64,000 nucleotides of DNA. Source: Octopus vulgaris. Its lineage: Eukaryota. The notes below the pieces were generated by a model. It ran no database searches and was not told the origin of the DNA. It saw only the letters and a program-made list of their open reading frames with translations. Shown here piece by piece: positions 1-12,600 of this stretch (position 1 is its first letter; the number at the start of each line of letters is the position of its first letter). The stretch covers positions 171,430,001-171,494,000 of the forward strand of contig OX597815.1 in assembly GCA_951406725.2 (NCBI GenBank), in the 5' to 3' direction. Made by a program: the position numbers and the translations under genes.

Positions 1-146
<146 letters not shown>

Positions 147-217
147 TTAGTCTAGAATACCTTTCACTAATTTTCACAAACCCTCTAAGACCAGCAAAGC
201 TGATGAGGCTATAGTCT

Positions 218-448
218 TATTTCTTTACTGCTCACAAGGGGCAACATACAGAGGGGACAAGCAAGGACAGACAAACGGATTAAGGCGATTATATCGACCC
301 CAGTGCGTAACTGGTACTTAATTTATCGACCCCGAAAGGATGAAAGGCAAAGTCGACCTCGGTGGAATTTGAACTCAGAACGTAACGGCAGACGAAATAC
401 CTCTAAGCATTTCGCCCGGCGTGCTAACGTTTCTGCCAGCTCGCCGCC
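218..448 (-). mobile_element. tRNA-derived SINE family A, full copy
   Basis: Head ggcggcgagctggcagaaacgttagc (A-box-like), gagttcaaattcc (B box), conserved body gcctttcatcctttcggggtcgataaattaagtacc; many copies in the window. Confidence 0.9.
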
Positions 449-632
449 TTTATATCTCTGATAGGTCAGTGTGTGCAACCGCAGCAACGTCCCCCATGCA
501 GAAGCAGTACTACATAGAAACTGTCGTATAATGAGTTAGAAGTCGAGAAAAGAAAGCCATGTCTTATTATTCACGATGAAATACATAATACGTGATGAAA
601 TACATGATGAAGTACATTATAATTATACCTAC

Positions 633-747
633 TGCGACAGTTGTATAAGTTATTGATGTCTTGAGCATCGTAGTGGCTCAACGTTTTGTGGTAATCGATT
701 AAATAGAGCTGATCGGGATCAAGAACTTGATAAATATATTTATTTTC
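633..747 (-). CDS. Astacin exon 7, end of catalytic domain: ENKYIYQVLDPDQLYLIDYHKTLSHYDAQDINNLYNCR
   Basis: cattttcacag| acceptor (phase 0); LSxxDxxxINxLYxC astacin C-terminal motif; probable donor a|gtaggt at 633/632, so further exons likely lie outside the window. Confidence 0.9.
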
Positions 748-898
748 CTGTGAAAATGCCTGGTGAGAAAAGTATCAAGATATAATAAATAGATATTTTA
801 TATAAATATATATAATATATATATTGTATATACATTGTATGAGTATACATACACATACATACGCGCGGGCTCGTGTGGTAAGAATGATTTTATCTACC

Positions 899-1592
899 CA
901 CATACATTAAGTATGTGATACTGGTAATGTTTATATATATATATTGTAGGAATTGAACATACAAGTAGATGTACGACTATTGCTGTTATGTTTTGAGATC
1001 CTAATCTTTATATATAAAGCTGAAGTTGTCTGTGTGTGGCAGGATTGGTAGCCTTCAACTAACACTATCTCCTCCGAGACCCTGCGGCGCAAGTTGACCA
1101 AAATTGAGAGTATAATAGAAGAAGGCTTGCTCTTCATTCCGTAGAAGAAAAAATTCAAATCGGTTCATGTTAAGACCAAACATTATTTACATCAAAAAGG
1201 TGCTTTTTTTCTATGAAAATCCCTATAAGAAAACAAACCCGAGCAACGCCGGGCTATACTGCTAGTAGATTTCTATAATCCGGTTTCTGGATAGTTGTTA
1301 CTTCTGTACTGAGTAGTATTACCAGTTACGAGCTACAGAGTAAATACAGGAAAATAAGGATAAATCTAAGTATGTGTTAACTTAGATTTATCCTTATTTT
1401 CCTACATTTGGTCTGTAGCTCGTAACTGGTAATACTGCTCAGTATAGAAGTTAAGTAATAACTATCCAGAAAGCAAACCGGATTATGAAAATCTATTAGG
1501 AGCTCAAAACATAACAGCAATAGTCGCACATCTACTTGTACGTTCAATTTCTACATTAAATATAACATTACCAGTATCATATAATGCATGTG
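899..1592. repeat. Long palindrome/foldback element (arms ~210 bp, ~8-nt loop at 1372-1379), left arm interrupted by a Helitron
   Basis: 899-1004 plus 1266-1371 is the reverse complement of 1380-1592, with scattered mismatches. Confidence 0.9.
1005..1265 (+). mobile_element. Non-autonomous Helitron (family D)
   Basis: 5' TC, 3' hairpin cccgagcaacgccggg then CTAG, inserted between A and T with no TSD. Confidence 0.85.
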
Positions 1593-1931
1593 TGTTGCTA
1601 ATGGCTTTTAAACTGCGGTATTTCGTTCAGGAAAGGTCTCTTTAAAGACGTATTGTGTTAAAAAAAAGTAACACAGTATACTACAAACCTAGGCGAAACA
1701 TAATCGGCCCGGAAGTGTACAAAAAGGCATGTATCGATTTTTTTTGCGGATTTTCTATTCATCAGTATGGTATTCTCGCCTCACTTCCGAAACGAATCGA
1801 AATTGCTTTGCTAAACAAATACACAGATATCGTAAAATCTATCTGCTGCTGAGAAAAAGCTCCGCGCAATTAGAAGAAAATAAAAATTTTGTGTTAGAAT
1901 CGCTCAAAAATGACAGCATTATCAATATCAC

Positions 1932-1974
<43 letters not shown>

Positions 1975-1979
1975 TACAT

Positions 1980-2202
1980 TCTTTTACTCTTTTACTCTTT
2001 TACTCTTTTACTTGTTTCAGTCATTTGACTGCGGCCATGCTGGAGCACCGCCTTTAGTCGAGCAACTCGACCCCGGGACTTATTCTTTTTGTAAGCCCAG
2101 TACTTATTCTATCGGTCTCTTTTTGCCGAACCGCTAAGTGACGGGGACGTAAACACACCAGCATCGGTTGTCAAACAATGCTAGAGGGACAAACACACAC
2201 AC

Positions 2203-2268
<66 letters not shown>

Positions 2269-2427
2269 GACAGGCTTCTTTCAGTTTCCGTCTACCAAAT
2301 CCACTCACAAGGCATTGGTCGGCCCGGGGCTATAGCAGAAGACACTTGCCCAAGATGCCAGGCAGAGGGACTGAACCCAGAACCATGTGGTTGGTTAGCA
2401 AGCTACTTACCACACAGCCACTCCTGC

Positions 2428-2430
<3 letters not shown>
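1980..2430 (-). mobile_element. tRNA-derived SINE family B (CORE-like segment, internal microsatellite, (gagtaaaa)n tail)
   Basis: Head aggagtggctgtgtggtaag, B box ggttcagtccc, catcttgggcaagtgtctt; homologous copies at ~22365-22750 (+), 26965-27460 (+), 28815-29250, 29300-29733, 58017-58420 and 63070-63385. Confidence 0.88.
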
Positions 2431-2472
<42 letters not shown>

Positions 2473-2473
2473 T

Positions 2474-2537
<64 letters not shown>

Positions 2538-2951
2538 GTTAAACGTTTTTAGCAGTTGCATTTGAATTCAACAAAAATGTCTTGGAAGTAATCAAGAATT
2601 TTGGTTGTTTTACATTATTCCCTGCGAATTGTTGGAATTTAATACATTTATGGTTTAATTCTGGAAATAACAAACGCCTCACAAAGTTGTACTTGGTTTA
2701 TTTAGTACACTATAGCGTTAATTACATGTTCTAACAGGTAGTTTTCCCAAAAGTAGTTGGAACGGATTTCCAGCAGCTGTTTAAACTAAGACTTGTATAA
2801 TGAAGTACCTTTTCCAAAAGTGTAACGAAAAGCCTATTGCCAATAGTAACATAGACTTGGGCGTTGATAGATAAATACAGGATGCATCCGATCATTTCCT
2901 AGTTGCAAATGTATAAATATTTTAAATTACCATAAATAGAAACATTCTTAC

Positions 2952-3034
2952 CAATGGCCCATAAAGCATCACAGATTGGAAGTCGAAATCACTCTTATCA
3001 TGTGTATTTTCAGATAACATCCTGTTTCGAAATT
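2952..3034 (-). CDS. Astacin exon 6, Met-turn: (E)FRNRMLSENTHDKSDFDFQSVMLYGPL
   Basis: tttttcttttag| acceptor, ttg|gtaaga donor, phase 1 to 0; FDFQSVMLY corresponds to the YDYxSxMHY Met-turn. Confidence 0.93.
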
Positions 3035-3285
3035 CTAAAAGAAAAACAAGTATTATAAGGAAGGGTCGATAAATGAAATTATTAATCAATTACTACCTAT
3101 GTTAGCAATGGTTATTACAAGCAGCAATTAATGTTGTCCAGTCACAGACGAGGTCGAACAGTAGGTTAAACCTCTTGAGATATTCAGCTTTTCCCTCTAC
3201 GTTCTGAGTTCAAATATCTGATTATATCTACAGTTCGCAATATCCGCATACGTCTGATCGTCTCTTATCAAAAGTTTTATGTTTA

Positions 3286-3647
3286 TCTCTCTATATATAA
3301 AGCTGAAATTGTCTGTGTATGGCAGGTTTGGTAGCCTTCAACTAACACTGTCTCCTCCGAGACCCTGCGGCGCAAGTTGAGCAAAATTGAGAGTATGATA
3401 GAAGAAGGCTTGCTCTTCTTTCCGTAGAAGAAAAAATTCAAATCGGACCATTTTAACACAAAAAATAATTTACATCAAAAAGGTGCTTTTTTTTTACTGC
3501 TGTGTCACCATTTCTCGGTGTATTTCAACCAGAAAAATCTTCACTTAAAGAGAATAACTAGCTACATAATGCAAAAGTTTTACTTTTCAAAAATTCCAAT
3601 TCTAAAGGGTCGAAACAAACCTGAGCAACGCCGGGCGATATTGCTAG
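3286..3647 (+). mobile_element. Non-autonomous Helitron (family D)
   Basis: A|TC...gagcaacgccgggcgatattgCTAG|T; homologous to 1005-1265. Confidence 0.85.
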
Positions 3648-4234
3648 TTATTTAATAATGATACCAAAACAAATAGATTTATAAATCTCATGTCAAAACT
3701 TTTTTTTAAATTTTCAACATGTGCTTCGCCTGTATCCCTGCAATTTTCAAATCTATCTTTAGCGTTGCGATACACATTTTGAAGCATTTCATGAGTTATC
3801 TCCTGATCTCATAACTGAATGCGTTCCTTAATTTCAACTAAATTATTGCTCCATCCTGGGGATGAAGGTAGAGAAAATAATTGCAGCCAAATTGAAAAAA
3901 AATCCTGTCGTGGACAGATAAACAAGATCCAATAGGTATAAATATTACGTTCCCCTTACCACACGTCGTGGACGCTCTTTTTTCTCTCTCTCTTTCTGTT
4001 TCACCCTTCGCCTTATCCTCTTTTCCTCCTTTTTCTTTCTCCTCTCTCTCCTTTCAACTAATCACTTCAAGGCGTTACAATTACATTCTCTCTACCTCAC
4101 GTCATGGACGCTTCTCCCTCTCTTTTTCTCCATCCCTCTTTTCTTTCTTCCTCTTTTTCTCTAATCACGTGAAAGCGCTACCGACGGGCTAAGTAACGTA
4201 ATGACAAGCAGAATATTATAAGACTCTTACTTAC

Positions 4235-4340
4235 CACTTTGAATATTTCCGAACTTCACTCGAATATAATTATCTCTGTCTTTTCGCTTATGTTCGTGTG
4301 CAAGACCAAGAATATGACCGAGCTCGTGTAAACATGTTTC
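4235..4340 (-). CDS. Astacin exon 5, zinc-binding: [35 protein letters not shown]
   Basis: Full astacin signature HExxHxxGxxHExxRxDRDxY; tttttctcccag| acceptor, g|gtaagt donor, phase 0 to 1. Confidence 0.97.
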
Positions 4341-5673
4341 CTGGGAGAAAAAAAGAACAAGAATTTTTTGATGAAATCCCAACACAATATTAAGAATCAA
4401 GTCGATTCATTTTATTTATTTTTTTGTCGCCTACAAAGCTATATATGCAATATCTTTGTCTCTGTTTCCATTTGTCTTTACTTATTGTTCGGGTTAAAAC
4501 CTTATGGATATATTATTTAGTTCAGTAGAGCGAGAATATAGAATAGATATTTTTATCAAGAATGCTAATTTTTCGCTTCTAGAAAATCCAACATTTTCAT
4601 TCAAAAATCATTAAATTATAGCATCTGACTATTTGTTTGTTCACAAACTTCACAGTGCACTGTGTATGTGTAGCACTTCTATGGCGTTAAGCGAATCGAA
4701 ATCACATCTTCTGCTGGATAAAGCGCCAGTCTATTACAAATAAACTTCCCTATGAGAAGAAGTAAACTAAGCACTGAAAACAGAGACAACCCGTCTTTCC
4801 TAGTACTTCAGCCCTCTGTAATTCTCTTCCCACCAGTTTTATTTTCTTTTTTTTTTCTTTATCCTGTTTTTGTCCTGTAACCATCAATTTCTAGTACTCA
4901 AGGTAAACATTAATCACATCAGTTTCAACTAGACTGGGAAAGTATTCAGAATCCCTTCCATCCAACTAAAACTCCAATAATATTTAAAGTATGTAAGCAG
5001 CTGCTTACATTGGTGTAGTAAATATTGCTAGTTATCTACTTAGAACTTGGTAAGTTTGTCCGTTGGGAATTACAGCCTTGGACATGAACAACAGAAAGTA
5101 AATATAAGTATTTTCTTGAATCAGCTCTGTCTAGGAAACTTCAAAATATACAGTTGATGGACTATATTTTATTATTATATTAGGTGCCAGATGTCTTTAT
5201 TCTTTATCACACCCTAACTTAGAGAATATAGATTTCAAAACTATTCTTATTCTATTTGCGCGAGTAAATATCACAGTATATTTAGTTTACCAAACATCTC
5301 GTCAGTTATGTTTTTTTTCTAATCCAACTGCCATACAAAATATGTTAGAAATGTCTTCCTTGGGGCAAGGAAGACATTTCTATAAATGTCTTATAAGACC
5401 TATAAATGTTTTATAAGATTTATAAATGTCCTATAAGCTTTACAAGTCTTCATAAACTGTCATGAGGATATATGAATACACGAGTCTTCAGTCCTCTTAT
5501 AAAAGCAGCAATTTCAACATTTTATTCTTAGCAAGTTGTTTTAGCAGCCCCTCCAAGTCACACATCAATCTATTTCTAAAATACTATGGATTACATTCTT
5601 TTCTCTTAGAAGTTTCTAATTATTACAATAAAACCTTAAAATCCCAAAATTAAAAGAATTTATTGATACTTAC

Positions 5674-5737
5674 CGCACTACAACAGCGAGCTGATCTTTG
5701 ACTATTGAAAAAGCCGATCTGTGCAAAGCAGTTTTTA
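5674..5737 (-). CDS. Astacin exon 4: (S)KNCFAQIGFFNSQRSARCCSA
   Basis: cttttacttcaaag| acceptor, gcg|gtaagt donor, phase 2 to 0; CFAQIG corresponds to the astacin C-x-S-x-V-G segment. Confidence 0.88.
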
Positions 5738-6009
5738 CTTTGAAGTAAAAGAATGAATTCGTCAATTTAAGGGTTAATAAGAATCCATTTTTTGATATGA
5801 GGAAATATAAAGGTATGTTATCCAGATATTTGTTTGTTAACCCCTGTTACCTGAGACAGCTAAGCAGGTGACCAAACCCATCTCCTTGAATACGTTTTAT
5901 TACACCTTACACAAACATATCCCATAACCAATAATCCCCCATATGGTTTACAGCAGTCCGGCAAAAAACACTGTCTGCAATATCCAGAAAAACACATTAA
6001 TTAATTAGT

Positions 6010-6102
6010 ATTTAACTACTATTGTAATTTATGTTAAATGGCATTTAACTACTAATGTAATTTATGTTAAATGGCATTTAACTACTACTGTAATTTATGT
6101 TA
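6010..6102. repeat. ~32-bp tandem repeat, about 3 units
   Basis: tttaactacta.tgtaatttatgttaaatggca repeated. Confidence 0.9.
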
Positions 6103-6539
6103 GACTGTCATCTGTACGGCAAATTATGCATTCCTGCACCGCACAACCTGCACGTGTTCTTCATTCCAGCTGCAGTAGATTCTTCTGGTTTACTCAAAAT
6201 ATATTACCGGCCACTCCAGTAATCACGCGGAGAAAGCTTCAAGTTTTGCTGTCTGATATGCATCCAAATTCACATTTGGACGCACACGGTTAAATGCCAC
6301 TAAAACTTGACTTCTCCGTTCCACCAGTTTCACGACCACGCTATGTATCAAAAGATCTTTAGTCATTCCAAAACAAGAAAGCCACAAGCCCTGACAATGT
6401 ACTTCCATAAACGTCAAAGAATGCACCTTAGAACTTGCTTTTTCTCGACAAATAGCTCTCCTCCCTCTCTCTCTCTCACTCAGCCCCACCCTGTCTCTCT
6501 CTGTACACTATCTCTCACACATCATAACACACCGGACAC

Positions 6540-6900
6540 ATGTTGTCTAAATCACTGTCCAATCACAACAATACAACCGGCGGACAGCGTCCGGTTGTGT
6601 TTTGAATTTCGCATGGTGTACCAACTGACGTGTTTTTGCAGGGAGACATACTTAGATTCAGCCAGAAGACAATTTCACCTCAGAGTGAAGGACCATTTCC
6701 ACAAGGCCACATCACCCAGTGCCGTGTTCCAACACCACCAACAATATGACGGGGATTTCTCCACCCGTATACTGGCAACGGGGATGGACGCAGTCAACTT
6801 CAGAATCACTAAGGAACACTTCATTAGGAAGAAGACACCCAGCCTTAACCGCCAGAACAAGTCGGATGGATGGAAATAAATCCTCTGCTTCCAGAATCTT
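6540..6900 (+). mobile_element. Penelope-like element, GIY-YIG endonuclease remnant
   Basis: VYQLTCFCRETYLDSARRQFHLRVKDH...SAVFQH...RILA...FIRKKTPSLN. Confidence 0.75.
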
Positions 6901-8111
6901 TAACCAGCACCAGCAATAACCACCATCAAATAATAAAAAGAAAGAACGTCAGATGAAAATTCCTTTATCTGTAAGCGCTTACGCGATAAAATTTCACACC
7001 CAGCAACAGGTCTCACACCACACGTAGTTAGACATTCTATAGCACCCACCCGTCATGCATATAACTCATTCCTTCGTCACCCGTTCGGTTTCTCCTCCTA
7101 TTATAACACTGCTTTGTCAGGGCTTCGTCTTTCAAGATTCTTTTGCCGCCTACGTTTATCCTAGTGTCATATTGTAGCTGTTGAAGCTAAACATCAACTG
7201 CAATAATCTTAGGTGAACTAAAATGTTATAGAAACTGACACTTTCTGTCATTCTAATCATAAAAACCTATTCTAAATTTGTTACTTTAAAATTTTCCCAT
7301 TTTTTATTCTGGTTTCATACGTATCAGACCCAAACAGATTTTCAATGCTACGGAAATGCTCAGTAAGTGACTTAACTAAAGCTATTAAAAAAAGCTGTCA
7401 AATGAACAAGCATTGCAAAACTGAAATGTGTTATGGTTGTGTCGAGTTTATGAATAGGTTTCGATCGATTATAGGTTGTACAGAATTTCCTTTCCTGGGT
7501 TGTAAAGAGGTGCATTGTGATGCAAATATACGCTTCTGCCAGCAAATCATTTTTGACTTACCAAAGGATCCAGTGGATCATTTTCTGTATTTTGTTTTAT
7601 TGCTAACCGAAGTAGTTCAATTCGTTGCGAAAGAAGCAATATAATGGTGTCGATAACTATGTATATATGACTCGTTACATACGTTTCTTAAGTAAAGGCA
7701 CGAAATTGATGGGTATGAAGCAAATCAAAGTGATGAGGCAATTAAAAATTGACACATCACTCAGGAAAGTCTTCATTAACCACTTATATTTTAGCACAGT
7801 ACACATTGTTTAAAATATGTATGTTCTATATTATATGTTATGTTTTATAGAATTAATTCTGTATCAGATTTAAACTTGATTAGATGCAATGCTCTTTGTT
7901 AAAAATTTTATAAGAAGGTTTCGCAAATATTAAAAGTGGATATGCCTTTCAATTATTTTGTGGCCTTTTCGGATTATGAGACTCTAAGTTATAGCTTATT
8001 TAGCTTATGCCTAAACCAATCGTAGGCTGCATAGGTATATGTCGTGTTATAGATAATATTCCAGGTGAAATGCTTTCAAATGTCATAACAGAAGAGAAAA
8101 TGTTCATTTAC

Positions 8112-8259
8112 CTTCCTCCTTTAAACAAAACTGATCCTTGGTGTTTCATTTTGGCCTTTATTGCTTTGCCATCTGATGTATTCATGTTAACAAAACGAAT
8201 ACAAGATAAATACGTGTACTGGTGCGAGGCATATTGGACAGCTGCTTTTTCCCTTTTAG
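8112..8259 (-). CDS. Astacin exon 3: (T)KREKAAVQYASHQYTYLSCIRFVNMNTSDGKAIKAKMKHQGSVLFKGG
   Basis: ttttctcttaaag| acceptor, ag|gtaaat donor, phase 1 to 2; SCIRFV astacin motif. Confidence 0.9.
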
Positions 8260-9168
8260 CTTTAAGAGAAAATTAAATATTACAGATAGTATATATACAG
8301 TAATTTTAAATGTGAGCACAAACGGTAAAACACATAGGTACAAACACATACATTCACATACACATATATTTATGTGTGTATGCATGTGTGTCTTAACGAA
8401 ACTGACGCAGCCTTCAGAAGATCCCTTACTCGATCGGTGGATCTGGAAAAAAAACTATCAAGTAAATCTACTTCAAATATACCCTGTAGTATTAAAAACA
8501 ACATACATACATACATATTTATTGGGTGAAAATGATATCCGAGGAAATTGATAATAGTATAAGGCGGCGACAATTAGCCCAATGCAGAATTCATCGAATA
8601 TCTGGATAAGTATAATTGTCTTAAGGGTGAAGAAACTAATGTTTCAGATATCATTTCATCGCCTCAGACTGAACACGATAGAAATAATCACCCCCAACCA
8701 GATTGACCGAGCACTATAGTATTTAGTTTTCACTTAATGTATATTTTGTATTTTATTTATATATATATATAAATTCGTTTAAATATTTTAATTAATTGTA
8801 TCTTATTTTTTATTCTTTTCTTTTTATTTAAACAAGAATATATTTAAGATATTTCGTATTTTACAAGATTATTTACGTATATATATTAATTTATCTAATT
8901 AATTATTTATTGTTTTTTTTCTTTAACTTGAAGAGTGGTTATATATATATTGAAGTGATTTTACTAATATTATTATTATTACTATTATCATTTCTAAAAT
9001 ATATCCACGAAACACGTATCGTTATTCTACCAAATATATACGTTTTATTTACTTTTTTGCACATTATTTAATCATTGTTATATGTTTTATCTTTCTGTAA
9101 TATGTAATTTTTCTAAATGGTATAATTTGATTTTTCATTATTGAATTGATAAAAGGTGTTTTTTTCTA

Positions 9169-9217
<49 letters not shown>

Positions 9218-9297
9218 TTTGTGAAATTTGATTTAGTATTTCTAAATTGAATTTTTCCCTGTAAGTTTGGAATAATACTCCCTCATATTATTATTAT

Positions 9298-9369
<72 letters not shown>

Positions 9370-9681
9370 TATACACATACATATATATATATATGCATAT
9401 GTACATACATATGTATATACATATATACACATATATACATACATATATATACATATTTATACATATATATATAAGAATATAATGCATAAAATTGTTTCAG
9501 GTTACTTCCATTATTTACCGAGAATAAGACACAATAGTATTAATCATCAAAAAATACTATTTGTGATATTCTTTTCATCGTTCCTTTGACTCTACTTTAA
9601 TTTTTTAGTGTTTCATAAAGTATACTTTCCCCCACTTCACTATAATCATATGAGTCAAATATAATGGAAATGTTTACTCAC

Positions 9682-9763
9682 TCATTTCAGGACTGAATTG
9701 GTAGAGTATCGTATTATTTGGCCATAGTTTGTTTACTTCTCTCTTATGTAATTTTCTTGCCTT
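9682..9763 (-). CDS. Astacin exon 2: KARKLHKREVNKLWPNNTILYQFSPEM (basic processing site and start of the mature domain)
   Basis: ctttgtttag| acceptor, a|gtgagt donor, phase 0 to 1; LWPNNTILY matches the astacin N-terminal W-x4-[IP]-Y region. Confidence 0.85.
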
Positions 9764-9891
9764 CTAAACAAAGTAGGTATTTTCAGCTTTATAACAATGC
9801 AGCAGAGAATAAGGTGATATCAAAATAAAAATGCAAAATGTAATACAAATGAGTGCACACGCATCCACACAATTACTCATACACACAAATA

Positions 9892-11161
9892 CAGGGATTG
9901 GACAAAATGATGGAAGCACCTTAAAATTTTAAACAAATTTGTTTTAATATGGGATAGGACCGCCTTTGCAGTAATTACAGCTTAAATTCTACGAGCTATG
10001 GACTCGTGCAAAGTTTGAATTGCTTCCAAAGGAATTTTTGTCCATTCTTCAACTAAAATACTCTCCAGCTCTTGTAGTGATGATGGCGAAGGGTATCGAC
10101 TCCTTACTTGTTTTTCTAAAATGCACCATAAATATTCAATAATATAGAGATCTTTGGATTATGGTGGCCAGATAAGATTTTCAACTTCACTAGAATGTTC
10201 TCTTGCCATTGAGTAACAACTTCAGCTGTGTGAGTTGGTGCGTTATTGTCCTGAAAGATTGCATTTTCCCCCGGAAACAGTTCTGCAACCGTAGGATGAA
10301 TTTGATTAGATAAAATGCTTAAATAGTCTTGAATATTAATTCTGCCATGAAGGGAAACCATTGGGCCGGCGGATTTCCAAGATATAGACTCCAGATCATT
10401 ACAGATCCTCCTCTATGTTTAACAATTGGAAGAAGGCAGTCTGGGTCAAATGCTTCTTTTGGCTGTCTCCACACGTATACTCGGCCGGTGGTCGGAAATA
10501 AGGTAAATAAGGACTCGTTCGAGGAAGTAACATTCTTACCCTGCTCTGGGGGACCAATTCTGCAGGTTTTTACTCCACTCTAAATGCATTGCAACATTTG
10601 TTTTTGAAATTAGTGGTCTTCTGATTGCAGCCCTCCCGTGAAATCCGAATTTCTGCAGCTCCCAGCGAACAGTTTTTGTGGAAACCAGGTTCTCGAGGTT
10701 GTCATAAAGGTCTGTAGTAATTTTGAGAGCTATACTTTCGTGATCCTTTCTAACAATTCGCATAAGGATCCGATGGTCCCTTTCTAAAAGTTTTGGTTTC
10801 TTCCGGAGTTTTGTTTTGACAAGGAGGTTTTTCCCTCTTTCTCAGAGGCCGTCATTACGTTCAAGACAGTACTTCTTGATACACCAAACATTTCGGCTGT
10901 TTTCGTTACGCTAGCGCCAGTCATAAGAGCACCAACAATTTGACCTCTTTGAAAGTCCAATCGATCTGTCATTTTAATGAATTTTAATTACCTTTTTCTG
11001 ATGATGTCTGAAAAGAAACAGCAATTTTAGCAAAACATATTAAGCAACACTAATAATAAATCAAAAAACATAAAAGGAAGCAAGCTTTTGACGGTTTTAT
11101 AAATATTTCAAAATTATGATACTATGATGCTAGGTGTTTCCATTATTTTGTCCAACCCCTG
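9892..11161 (-). mobile_element. Full-length decayed Tc1-like transposon in an astacin intron
   Basis: TA flanks; TIRs cagggattggacaaaatgatggaagcacc / ggtgtttccattattttgtccaacccctg; fragmented transposase ORFs (DFQRGQIVGA, VSTKTVR, IFQDNNAPTH) at 10116-10972. Confidence 0.93.
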
Positions 11162-11403
11162 TATATACATGCACATGCATTTATTGATATATGCATACAT
11201 ACAAAGAAAAGTACTTATATATATGATGTACCACTCTCACACACACGCACACACGCACACACATACACACATACTCTCTCTCTCTCTCTCTCTCTCTCGC
11301 TAGCTCTCTCTCTCTCTCGCTAGCTCTCTCTCTCTCTCTCTCGCTAGCTCTCTCTCTCTCTCGCTAGCTCTATCTCTCGCTAGCTCTCTCTCTCTCTCTC
11401 GCT

Positions 11404-11474
<71 letters not shown>

Positions 11475-11654
11475 ACACGTGCGCACAAATATGCGTGCTT
11501 ACACATGCACAAACATATATCTGTCGAAAGATCTAAACTCAAAATTTTGAAATATTTTAGTCAAAAATAATTTAGAAGTCTATCTTAAGACAGTTATGTT
11601 AGTGCGTGAGTGTGTATGTGTATATGTGTGCATGCATTTATGCATGTATGTATG

Positions 11655-12040
11655 TTATCATTTAGTTTTATTTAAAATTTTCTTGCCAATACTGGAATTT
11701 TATACAACATCGGCAAGTTATTTGTGTATTTTTGCTGCACGTCTAGATACGTGCATATATACTTAATTAGTAAACTTCTGGAAAGTTTTATAAATTTTTA
11801 CAGTTCCAGTGATGGCTTGCCTTGTAGTTTTCGAATCAGTTTTCTCCTTTCTGGCTTTCAGAAGCCTAATTTCTCAAGATTGAGTCTCAAGTAGTTTGTT
11901 AGATATCCCAGTGCCCCAATAATTACAGGTATAAATCTAAACTTGTAATGCGAGCAGAGTAACTGCAAATGCCTCAGTAGTTCAGCGTAGCGGTTTTCTT
12001 TTTCGCTGATCTTGAGCTTTACGTTAACATGGGCCGGGCT
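11655..12040 (-). mobile_element. RLE-type LINE 3' fragment
   Basis: Translates as PAHVNVKLKISEKENRYAELLRHLQLL...YKFRFIPVIIGALGY; homologous to 60490-61197. Confidence 0.7.
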
Positions 12041-12080
12041 ACGTATATATGTATGTATGTATGTGTGTATGTATGTATTT

Positions 12081-12297
12081 GGCGGGGTGCTGAAAAGCTC
12101 TGGACTTTAAATGTATCGCGAAAGGCCTGACTGGAGGCTCAACCTTCCGAGTTCTTTTAAAGAGCTTAGAAAAACTAAACGAATGCTGTAATAAGCGTGT
12201 GAATTTGAGAGGGAAATATGTTGAATAAAGTCATAATTAACTGATGTATCTGTATTTTCTTTTACCCAAAGCCAAGAACTTTTCAGCCACCCTTTGT
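12081..12297. mobile_element. Short mariner-type MITE
   Basis: Inverted ends ggggtgctgaaaagctctggacttt / aaagccaagaacttttcagccaccc, similar to the termini of the 35 kb mariner. Confidence 0.6.
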
Positions 12298-12534
12298 ATG
12301 TATGTATGCATGCATGTAGGTATGTATGTATGTATGTATGTATGTATGTATGTATGTATGTATGTATGTATGTATGTATGTATGTATGTATGCATGTATT
12401 TATGTATGTATTTATGTATGCATGCATACATGTATGTAACTATATTTTTTTAAATTGTTCTTTATGAAGAGTAAAAAATAGCTTGCTTCATTTATCACTT
12501 TTCTCTCATTGAAAATTGTATATCTACTACTTAC

Positions 12535-12600
12535 CTGTTTGTTTGACGTAACCATGTCTATTAAACTCAGTGAAACCAGGAACCAGTAGATCAATTCCAT
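12535..12600 (-). CDS. Astacin-family metalloprotease, coding exon 1 (signal peptide MELIYWFLVSLSLIDMVTSNKQ); exon probably starts at the acceptor at 12620
   Basis: Pyrimidine-rich acceptor ttctatttccaag| at 12621/12620, in-frame TGA upstream of the ATG, hydrophobic 19-aa leader, donor cag|gtaagt (phase 0) matching the next exon. Confidence 0.75.

Noticed and set aside
7562-7686. Exon-like segment on the minus strand (ttaag|...ttg|gtaagt; open frame TYVTSHIY...DPLDPL) inside the astacin gene
   Set aside because: It lies in a phase-2 intron; the phase-2 reading has a stop, 125 nt would shift the frame, and exons 3 and 4 join correctly without it.
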